Positions 19,683 to 27,617 of a DNA stretch of 60,938 nt are shown here, in pieces. Source of the DNA: Xanthobacteraceae bacterium (lineage in GTDB: Bacteria; Pseudomonadota; Alphaproteobacteria; Rhizobiales; Xanthobacteraceae). Where the stretch lies: contig DASZKX010000008.1 in the NCBI GenBank assembly GCA_035552735.1, positions 1 to 60,938 on the forward strand. The letters run 5' to 3'. Both the position numbers and the translations under genes were made by a program. Positions within the stretch are counted from its first letter, which is position 1, and each line of letters begins with the position of its first letter. The notes below the pieces were generated by a model. It was given only the letters and a program-made list of their open reading frames with translations. It searched no databases and was not told where the DNA came from.

Positions 19683-20327
19683 TCAGAATTTGATCATGTC
19701 GGAGCGCGTCAGCGTCGACTGGGCGGAAAGCGTCGGCGCGTTGACGAAATGAAACGCCACATATTGCTCCATGTAGGGCGAATCGGCCGACATGCCGTCG
19801 ACCGGAAGGATGACCTTGAAGCCACGCATCGCGGCGGAGGCGCCGGTGCCGATCACGGCGCCGTTGGCGCTGGTGCCGGTCACGATGAGGGTCGTGACGC
19901 CCTTGTCCCTGAGCGTCTTCTCGAGCTCGGAGCCCAGGAACTTGTCGGGACCGCGCGCCGCCACCACCTCGCCCTCGCGCGGAGCGATTCCCGCGTCCGC
20001 GATATCGGCGGGCTTTGCGGTACCGCTGAAGGTGTAGAGCACGGGCACGCCGGCCGCGCGGGCCGCGTCCATCAGCTTCTTGAGATGAGGCAACGTGTCG
20101 ACGCAGCGTGCGCGCCGCTCCGGCACGCAGCCGGGCTTGTTGACATCGAGGATCAGGAGCGCAGTGGTCTTGGGATCGATCGTCACGGGCTTCAGCTCGG
20201 GGGCCGGGGGCGCCTTGATGCTGGCCCATTCGGCGACGGCGTCGGCGGCGCGGGCCGCCGGGGCTGCAAGCATGGCCAGCGCGCCGGCAATCGCGACGGT
20301 GCAGAGATAAAAGCCTCGCGAATTCAT
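19683..20327 (-). CDS. Secreted isochorismatase-like hydrolase
   Basis: Start moved to MNSRGFYLCTVAIAGALAMLAAPAARA (Sec signal; GGGGAG RBS). Isochorismatase fold: ALLILDV...PDKFLGS...TLIVTGTSANGAVIGT. Confidence 0.8.
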   Translation of the reverse strand: MNSRGFYLCTVAIAGALAMLAAPAARAADAVAEWASIKAPPAPELKPVTIDPKTTALLILDVNKPGCVPERRARCVDTLPHLKKLMDAARAAGVPVLYTFSGTAKPADIADAGIAPREGEVVAARGPDKFLGSELEKTLRDKGVTTLIVTGTSANGAVIGTGASAAMRGFKVILPVDGMSADSPYMEQYVAFHFVNAPTLSAQSTLTRSDMIKF

Positions 20328-20509
20328 CGATTTCTCCCCTGTCAGGTCATGGCTCAAGATGGACTTTTCCGCTCCCATCAGCAAGGCAGCACCGGTCTTT
20401 CATACGCCCGTAGTTTGCCCCCTACATCCTCTCGCTGCGGCATTCGGTGCCCTTGCTTCGGCAGGCTGATAGGGTGACGCACACCGGATCGCCTTTAAGG
20501 ACCCGCTTC

Positions 20510-21886
20510 ATGTACAGCGCGACGATCGGCAGCGAGCGTTACGTCTTTCCGGATCTGGTGACGCTGCTCGCCAAGGCCTCGCCGTTGCGCAGCGGCGATG
20601 TGCTCGCCGGGATCGCGGCGCGGTCCGGCGAGGAACGCGTTGCGGCCCAATACGCGCTGGCCGACTTGCCGCTCGCGACCTTCCTCGACGTGCCGACGAT
20701 CCCGTACGAGACCGACGAGGTCACGCGCCTCATCATCGACACCCACGATGCCGCGGCCTTGGCGCCGGTCGCCCATTTGACGGTCGGCGGATTGCGCGAC
20801 TGGCTGTTGTCCGATGCGGCGACGGCGGACGCGCTCGCCGGCTTGGCGGGAGGCCTGACGCCCGAAATGGTCGCCGCGGTCGCCAAGATCAGCCGCTTGC
20901 AGGACCTCATGGTGATGGCCGCGAGGTGCAGGGTGGTGACCTCGTTCCGCAATACGCTGGGGCTGCCAGGCCGCCTGTCGGTGCGCCTGCAGCCCAACCA
21001 TCCGACCGACGACCGGGCCGGCATCGGGGCCAGCATATTGGACGGACTGCTGCTCGGCTCGGGCGATGCGGTGATCGGCATCAATCCCGCGACCGACAGC
21101 CCCGAGCGCACTCACGCGCTCGTCTGCATGCTCGACGACATCCGCACCAAGCTCGACATTCCGACCCAGAGTTGCGTGCTGGCCCATGTGACCACCACCC
21201 TCGATCTCATCCGCAGAGGCTCGCCGGTCGATCTGGTGTTTCAATCGATCGCCGGCACGCAGGCCGCCAATGCGAGCTTCGGGATCGATCTGGCTTTGCT
21301 GCAGGAGGCCCGCGCGGCCGCGCTCTCGCTCGGACGCGGCGCCATCGGGCACAACGTGATGTATTTCGAGACCGGGCAAGGCAGCGCGCTCTCGGCCAAT
21401 GCGCATCACGGCGTCGACCAGCAGACCTTGGAGGCGCGCGCGTATGCGGTAGCGCGCGCATTCTCGCCTTTGCTGGTCAACTCCGTGGTGGGCTTCATCG
21501 GGCCCGAATATCTCTTCGACGGAAAGCAGATCATCCGCGCCGGCCTGGAGGATCATTTCTGCGGCAAGCTCCTGGGGCTGCCGATGGGCGTCGACGTCTG
21601 CTACACCAACCATGCCGAGGCGGACCAGGACGACACGGATGCGCTGCTGACGCTCCTGGTCGCGGCCGGCGTGAATTTCGTCATGGGGGTGCCGGGCGCC
21701 GACGACATCATGCTGGGCTACCAGAGCACGTCGTTTCACGACGCGCTCGCCATGCGCGACCTCCTGGACCGCCGCCCGGCGCCGGAATTCGAAGCTTGGC
21801 TCGGGCGGCAAGGGCTGATGGACGCAGCGAATCGGATTCGCCCGCAGAACCTGCCGAGCCGCTTCCGCGCGCTGCTGCCGTTCTAA
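20510..21886 (+). CDS. eutB: Ethanolamine ammonia-lyase large subunit
   Basis: MYSATIGSERYVFPDLVTLLAKASPLRSGD... is the canonical EutB N-terminus. About 458 aa. Confidence 0.9.
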   Translation: MYSATIGSERYVFPDLVTLLAKASPLRSGDVLAGIAARSGEERVAAQYALADLPLATFLDVPTIPYETDEVTRLIIDTHDAAALAPVAHLTVGGLRDWLLSDAATADALAGLAGGLTPEMVAAVAKISRLQDLMVMAARCRVVTSFRNTLGLPGRLSVRLQPNHPTDDRAGIGASILDGLLLGSGDAVIGINPATDSPERTHALVCMLDDIRTKLDIPTQSCVLAHVTTTLDLIRRGSPVDLVFQSIAGTQAANASFGIDLALLQEARAAALSLGRGAIGHNVMYFETGQGSALSANAHHGVDQQTLEARAYAVARAFSPLLVNSVVGFIGPEYLFDGKQIIRAGLEDHFCGKLLGLPMGVDVCYTNHAEADQDDTDALLTLLVAAGVNFVMGVPGADDIMLGYQSTSFHDALAMRDLLDRRPAPEFEAWLGRQGLMDAANRIRPQNLPSRFRALLPF

Positions 21887-21944
21887 GCGCGGACCAAATT
21901 GACGATTCTCTCCGGCCAGAATTATTGGGGAAGAAACTCCGGAA

Positions 21945-22922
21945 TCATTCCGGCTTGATATTGGCGGTGCGGACCACCTTCCCCCACTTCTCGGTCTCCG
22001 CCACGATCATATTCTCGAACGCGGCGGGCGACATCGGGGCCGGGATGCTACCGAGGTCCGCGAGCCGCGCCTTGATCTGGGGATCGGCGAGGGCGGCGTT
22101 TATCTCCTTGTTGAGCCGGTCGATGATCTCGGCGGGCGTACCGGTGGGGGCACCGATGCCCTGCCAGGTGCTCGCCTCGAAACCCGGAACCGAATCCCCC
22201 ACCGGCGGCACGTCCGGCAGCGCCTCCGAGCGCGTCGCGGTGGTGACCGCGAGCGCCCGCACCTTGCCGGCTTTGACGGTCGCGATCGATTCCGGCAATG
22301 GGCTGAACATCACCTGCACCTGTCCGCCGAGCAGGTCGACGAGCGCGGGCGCGCCGCCGCGATAAGGCACATGCAGCATTTCGACGCCGGTCATGATCTT
22401 GAAGAGCTCGCCCCCGACATGGGACGTGCTGCCGGTGCCGCCCGACGCCATGGTGACCTTGCCGCGGTTTGACTTGGCATAGGTGATGAACTCGGGAACG
22501 GTTTTCGCGGGAACCGATAAGTTCACCTCCATCACCAGCGGCACGCGGCTGATGCTCGCGACCGGGGCGATGTCCCGGATGAAATTGAAGTTGAGCTTCT
22601 CAAACAACGTCGCGTTGACGGTCACGGATGCGGGAATGAGGAGCAGCGTATAGCCGTCCGGGGCGGCGTGCGCGACCGCCTCGATGCCGATATTGGTGCT
22701 TGCGCCCGGCCGGTTCTCGATGATGAAGGACTGCCCGAGCCGCTCCGACAGCCATTGGGCCATCAGGCGCGCGGTGATGTCGAGCGCGCCGCCGGGCGCG
22801 ACCGGCACGATAATGCGCACCGCACGCGCCGGATAGGCTTGCGCCATCGCGACCCGGGGCACGATCGGGAGCGCCGCAACGCCCGTTGCCAGCTGCAGAA
22901 ATCGACGGCGTGCGAGTCTCAT
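21945..22922 (-). CDS. Bug-family (TctC-like) tripartite tricarboxylate transporter substrate-binding protein
   Basis: Twin-Arg-like signal MRLARRRFLQLATG...; YPARAVRIIVPVAPGG; ...AETEKWGKVVRTANIKPE. Confidence 0.9.
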   Translation of the reverse strand: MRLARRRFLQLATGVAALPIVPRVAMAQAYPARAVRIIVPVAPGGALDITARLMAQWLSERLGQSFIIENRPGASTNIGIEAVAHAAPDGYTLLLIPASVTVNATLFEKLNFNFIRDIAPVASISRVPLVMEVNLSVPAKTVPEFITYAKSNRGKVTMASGGTGSTSHVGGELFKIMTGVEMLHVPYRGGAPALVDLLGGQVQVMFSPLPESIATVKAGKVRALAVTTATRSEALPDVPPVGDSVPGFEASTWQGIGAPTGTPAEIIDRLNKEINAALADPQIKARLADLGSIPAPMSPAAFENMIVAETEKWGKVVRTANIKPE

Positions 22923-23129
22923 GATGCCCTCCCATCATCTGCCGAGACAGCCTATCAGCGGGTTGCAGCCATCGCGAGCGGCGTTTCGCCGCTCCTCGGG
23001 CACATGTCGCCTCCCTGGCAGGCGGATCAGGATTATCGCGGTCGACCTTCAATTGGGTAGTGATCGCGCTTGCCGACAAGCTCATCGAGCGACTACTTGT
23101 TGGAAGAGTTGGTTTCTGGAGCAGCCAAC

Positions 23130-23951
23130 ATGGCAGAGCCTCAGCCCACCACAATCGCGGTAGCGCCGCAGACTCCGCCAAGCGCAGCGGACGACGGGGC
23201 CTGGGCCGGCCTGCGCGGGCTCACGGCGGCGCGCATCGGTCTCGCCCGCAGCGGCGCATCGCTCGCCACCGGTCCGATGCTTCAATTGCGGCTGGCCCAC
23301 GCGCGTGCCCGCGATGCCGTGCATGCTCCCCTCGACGAGGAGCGGCTGCGCGCCGATCTCGCGGCGCAGGGCTGGCCGCTGCTCACGATCTCCAGCGCGG
23401 TGCGGGACCGGGCGCAATACCTGATGCGCCCGGATCTCGGCCGGCGATTGGCGCCCGATGCCAGCGCCGTGCTGGCGGATCAAGCGGGCAGCGGCCACGA
23501 TGTAGCGCTCGTCATCACCGACGGCCTGTCGGCGCGCGCGGTCGAGCGCCACGGCCCGCCGCTCCTGGCCGCGCTATTGCCGCGGTTGCGGGCCGATGGC
23601 TGGCGCGTCGCCCCGCTCACGCTGGCGCGCCAGGGCCGGGTCGCCATCGGGGACACGGTGGCGCAGCTGTTGCGGGCCTGCGCGGTCGTGGTCCTGATCG
23701 GCGAGCGGCCGGGCCTCTCCGCTCCCGACAGCATGGGGGCCTACCTGACTTGGCAGCCGGGACCGCACACCACCGATGCGAACCGCAACTGCATCTCCAA
23801 CATCCGCCCCGATGGCATCGATCCGGCTGACGCGGCCTCCAAAGTCTTCCGCCTGCTGGGCGCCATGCGGGCGCGCGAGTTGTCGGGCATTGGGTTGAAG
23901 GATGAAATCGAGCGGTTGCTGATCGGGGCATCGAAACACGTTCGAGGTTAA
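23130..23951 (+). CDS. eutC: Ethanolamine ammonia-lyase small subunit
   Basis: ...TAARIGLARSGASL...DALVITDGLSA...VLIGERPGLS... ATG at 23130 has GGAG upstream. The track start at 23070 is a TTG. Confidence 0.85.
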   Translation: MAEPQPTTIAVAPQTPPSAADDGAWAGLRGLTAARIGLARSGASLATGPMLQLRLAHARARDAVHAPLDEERLRADLAAQGWPLLTISSAVRDRAQYLMRPDLGRRLAPDASAVLADQAGSGHDVALVITDGLSARAVERHGPPLLAALLPRLRADGWRVAPLTLARQGRVAIGDTVAQLLRACAVVVLIGERPGLSAPDSMGAYLTWQPGPHTTDANRNCISNIRPDGIDPADAASKVFRLLGAMRARELSGIGLKDEIERLLIGASKHVRG

Positions 23952-24088
23952 CGCTCGCCCTTTTCGTGCCCGATATGCTGGCCCGCTTGATGACCTGCGG
24001 GACGGATCATGCTATACGCCCGGCGATCAATCAGCTTCGGCCCTCGATCCCAAAAACATTTCACCGTCTAACAGCTCAGGAGACGATA

Positions 24089-25756
24089 ATGCACGTCAAG
24101 AAGCTCGTGACTGCCGCGGGTTTGGCCTGCTCGTTGAGCGGCCTCATTCTGGCCGGCGCGCAAGCGCAAGGCGCCGCGGCGTTGACCGGCCAGGTGACCT
24201 CCGCCGAGGAAGGCCCGATGGAGGGCGTGCTGGTCAGCGCCAAGAAGGACGGCGGCACCATCACGGTCACGGTCGTGAGCGACCAGAAGGGCAACTACAG
24301 CTTCCCGGCCGACCGGCTCGACCCCGGCCATTACACGATCGCCATCCGGGCGGCCGGCTACAATCTGGACGGCCCCAAGGCGGTCGATGTCGTGGGCGCT
24401 GGAACCAAGACCGACATCAAGCTCGCCAAGACGAAGAATCTGGCGAACCAGCTGTCCAATGCCGAATGGCTGCTGAGCGCACCCGGTCCCGACAACGTCA
24501 AGGGCAACCTGATCAATTGCGTCGAGTGCCACACGGTCCAGCGCATCCTCGCCTCGACCCATGATGCCGAGGAGTTCAAGCAAATCTTCCAGCGCATGGG
24601 CGGCTATTCGCCGGGCAGCACCCCCAACCACCCGCAACCCCTGCTGCCCGGCCCGCGCGGCGTGCGTCCTCCGCTTCCGGAATCCCAGTTCGAGGTGACG
24701 GCGGCCTGGCTCGCCAGCGTCAACATGAGCACGACGGATGCCAGATCCTTCGAGCTCAAGACGCTTCCGCGCCCCAAAGGCACCGCCACCAAGGTGATCT
24801 ACACCGAATATGATTTGCCACGCAGAGAGACCCAGCCTCATGACGTGATCGTCGATCAAGACGGGATGGTCTGGTATTCGGACTTCAGCAATCAGTTCGC
24901 CGGCGTGATGGATCCCAAGACCGGCAAGGCCACCGACATTCCGATTCCGGTGCTGAAACCGGAGCAGCCCAAGGGCGGTCTCGATATCGAGTTCGAGCCC
25001 GGACAAAAGAACGTCTGGCTCTCCCTGATGTACCAGGCGGGCGTAGCGCGGATCGATCGCCAGACCCGCGATGTCACCATGTATCCGTTCCCCAAGGAAT
25101 GGCAGTCGCCCTCGACGCAGGCCTCGATGGTGTCGCCGCAGCATGCGGATGTGGACGGCAAGGTCCTGTCCAACAACCAGGAAATGCACGGCGTCTACCG
25201 GCTGGACGTAAAGAGCGGTCAATATGAGGACCTGGGCCAGTCCAAGGATCTCAGCGGCAAGCAGATCTCCGCTTACGGGATGCCGACCGACCGGCAGAAC
25301 AACGTCTATCAGCTAGAATTTGGCGGCACCAGCATCGGCTATCGCGACTTCCAGAACGGCACAACCACGATCTTTCGCACGCCGAGCAACGGATCGCGGC
25401 CGCGGCGCGGCCGGGTCGACGAGCAGAACCGGCTCTGGTTCGCAGAGTACGCCGGCAATGCCATCGCTTTGTTCGATCCCAAGACGGCCGCCATCAAGGA
25501 ATATCCGCTCCCTACGAAGTTCGGCGATCCCTACGACGTGGTTCCGACCAAGGACGCTTCGCAAGTGTGGACCGGCTCGATGGTCAACGACCGCGTCGCG
25601 CGGCTCGACACCAAGAGCGGCCAGATCACCGAATATCTCATGCCGCGGCCGACCAACATCCGCCGCGTCTTCGTGCAGGAGAGCGGACCGCGGCCCGTGC
25701 TCTGGGTCGGCAGCAACCACGGCGCCTCGATCGTGAAGGTAGAGCCGCTGGACTAG
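24089..25756 (+). CDS. Secreted protein: carboxypeptidase-regulatory-like Ig domain, a single CxxCH motif, and a Vgb/streptogramin-lyase-like beta-propeller
   Basis: MHVKKLVTAAGLACSLSGLILAGAQA signal; LTGQVTS..GPMEGVLVSAKK...GNYSF; CVECH at 24518..24532; repeated ...W.SD/...WF.E propeller-like blades. Confidence 0.8.
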   Translation: MHVKKLVTAAGLACSLSGLILAGAQAQGAAALTGQVTSAEEGPMEGVLVSAKKDGGTITVTVVSDQKGNYSFPADRLDPGHYTIAIRAAGYNLDGPKAVDVVGAGTKTDIKLAKTKNLANQLSNAEWLLSAPGPDNVKGNLINCVECHTVQRILASTHDAEEFKQIFQRMGGYSPGSTPNHPQPLLPGPRGVRPPLPESQFEVTAAWLASVNMSTTDARSFELKTLPRPKGTATKVIYTEYDLPRRETQPHDVIVDQDGMVWYSDFSNQFAGVMDPKTGKATDIPIPVLKPEQPKGGLDIEFEPGQKNVWLSLMYQAGVARIDRQTRDVTMYPFPKEWQSPSTQASMVSPQHADVDGKVLSNNQEMHGVYRLDVKSGQYEDLGQSKDLSGKQISAYGMPTDRQNNVYQLEFGGTSIGYRDFQNGTTTIFRTPSNGSRPRRGRVDEQNRLWFAEYAGNAIALFDPKTAAIKEYPLPTKFGDPYDVVPTKDASQVWTGSMVNDRVARLDTKSGQITEYLMPRPTNIRRVFVQESGPRPVLWVGSNHGASIVKVEPLD

Positions 25757-25788
25757 CCGGAGCTGGTTTGATTGATGCGCCATGCATC

Positions 25789-25818
25789 GCCCCCGGAGTT
25801 CGCCCGAGGGCTTTTTTT
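25789..25818 (+). terminator. Candidate rho-independent terminator
   Basis: gcccccgg-agttcgc-ccgagggc (one mismatch) followed by TTTTTTT, 33 nt after the stop codon. Confidence 0.5.
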
Positions 25819-26024
25819 GCTGTTTCGTCGTCGTGGACGAGCGCCGGGTTCGCTATCGGGATTGGCGGGAACGAGCCCGTCAATGACGAAAGCCGACGCC
25901 GCCAGCTATGACAATTCAAAGGCGGAGGTATCGCCCTAGGGAATATGCCCGAGACTCGCGATCGTTTTTTCACCCCAATTTCATCCTTTGCTCTGCGCGA
26001 AATCCCAACGGGCGGAGGACATCC

Positions 26025-26546
26025 ATGAAAGCTGACTACGCTACCTCCGATTTGATCAGCAAGGTGAATTCCGACTGGATCAACGCGGTGCTCGTCAATC
26101 ACGATCTCGACTGCGCCGATCCCGGCGACGACGAGGTCGTGACGGATCTCATGCTGCGGCCACAATTCTCTGGGACGCAATCAAGTCCCCGGTGGCGCGA
26201 GCCCGCGCCGGCACCGGCAAAGTCCGCCGAGGTCGACGACCGCGAGCCCGGCAGCGTGGCGCAGCCGATGGTCCAATCGTCTCGATGTCGATCCGTCGCA
26301 CGCAGAGTCACTGAACGCCTCGCCCTTGCGGTCGCGGCACTGGCTCTCGCCGGGGCGGGGTTCCGGATGTCGCCTGGAGCGCAAGACGTGACGAATCCGG
26401 TGTCCGTGCAGGCTGCAAGCGCGTCGTTCGAGCTCACGGCGCCGATCAACGCCGACGAGCTACAACCCGGTTGGCTCTTGCCCGAAATTCTCTATGGTCC
26501 CACGATGGCGTCTTCGCCCATTTCAGCGCCAAGGTCGAGGCGATAG
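26025..26546 (+). CDS. Hypothetical single-pass membrane protein
   Basis: MKADYATSD... with a GGAGG RBS; one hydrophobic segment LALAVAALALAGAGF. I recognise no family. Confidence 0.4.
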   Translation: MKADYATSDLISKVNSDWINAVLVNHDLDCADPGDDEVVTDLMLRPQFSGTQSSPRWREPAPAPAKSAEVDDREPGSVAQPMVQSSRCRSVARRVTERLALAVAALALAGAGFRMSPGAQDVTNPVSVQAASASFELTAPINADELQPGWLLPEILYGPTMASSPISAPRSRR

Positions 26547-26665
26547 TCCGGGCAGTGCCGCGCGTGTAACCATGGTTCGAGACGCGCGGGCGTTGCCCGC
26601 GTGTCGCCAACCCCTTGGGTTTGCTATAGATACCGGTCGACTTCGTCGGCAGAGCACAGCCCCGT

Positions 26666-27565
26666 ATGACAACCGGAAAGGTGACCGTATCGATCGACCT
26701 CGAGCTCGCTTGGGGGGTCTGGGACACGATCACGGCCGATGAGCTGCGGCTGGCCGAGACGGCGGAGCGCGCAATCTGCACGGCGCTTGTCGAGCTGCTC
26801 GATCGCCATCAGGTGCCGGCGAGCTGGCTCGTCGTCGCCGCTCTGCTCGATGAAGCAAGCGCGCGGTCGCGGCCGGGACCGATGTCTTGCTGGTATGCGC
26901 CCGACGTGATGGAGCGCATCGTGCGGGCCAAGGTGCGCCATGAGATCGGCAGCCACGGCGGACAACACATCTACTTCGATCGGATTTCCGCATCGGAGGC
27001 GCGCGACGACCTCGCATTCGCCGCGGGCGTGCATCGCGCCCATGGCCTCGGATTCAAATCCTTCGTGTTTCCGCGCGGCGCGGTCGGGCACCTGGATGTT
27101 CTGGCCCAGAGCGGGCTTCGCGTCGTGCGCAGCCACGACGTCGGTTTGTTGCGGACCGCCAATCACGGTGGACGCATTGCGGCCCGCACCGCGAACTTCA
27201 TCGACCAGTTCCTTCCCGTGCCACCGCGCCCTTCGTGGCCCCAGGCGCTGGGCCCGCTCATCGACATCCCGGGATGCATGCAGATGCTCGGGCGCAACGG
27301 TTTACGCCGCATGGTCATGCCGCTGATTACGCGCGCCAAGCTCCTGGTCGGGCTGGAACGCGCCCGGCGCGAGGGCGGCACGTTCCATCTCTGGTTCCAC
27401 CCTTCCAACTTCTACTATCGTCGCGATGAGCAACTGGCGACGCTCGGCTGGTTCCTCGCGCGCGCCGCGGACGAGGCCGGCCGCGGGCGCATCGAGTTCC
27501 GGACGATGGGCTCCTATGCGACAGACGCCGACGCCGGTCGCGTTCCGACGCAGGCCGCGATTTGA
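26666..27565 (+). CDS. Polysaccharide deacetylase-like (CE4/NodB-homology-like) protein
   Basis: VSIDLELAWGVWD..., ...EIGSHGGQH..., ...FVFPRG...; Family call from memory of similar EPS-associated deacetylases. Confidence 0.65.
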   Translation: MTTGKVTVSIDLELAWGVWDTITADELRLAETAERAICTALVELLDRHQVPASWLVVAALLDEASARSRPGPMSCWYAPDVMERIVRAKVRHEIGSHGGQHIYFDRISASEARDDLAFAAGVHRAHGLGFKSFVFPRGAVGHLDVLAQSGLRVVRSHDVGLLRTANHGGRIAARTANFIDQFLPVPPRPSWPQALGPLIDIPGCMQMLGRNGLRRMVMPLITRAKLLVGLERARREGGTFHLWFHPSNFYYRRDEQLATLGWFLARAADEAGRGRIEFRTMGSYATDADAGRVPTQAAI

Positions 27566-27617
27566 CCTGTCGCGATCTCGCTCAGGTAAGGTCGTGCCCC
27601 CACGGTCGGATTGATGC

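Noticed and set aside
20328-20509. Cobalamin riboswitch upstream of eutB, and a guanidine/ykkC-type riboswitch upstream of the NitT/TauT transporter (57099..57337)
   Set aside because: I found no B12-box-like or ykkC-like conserved core by eye. Only a short hairpin (cgccatc-tgcaa-gatggcg) lies near the RBS at about 57290..57309. A covariance-model scan (Rfam/Infernal) would be needed to exclude them formally.
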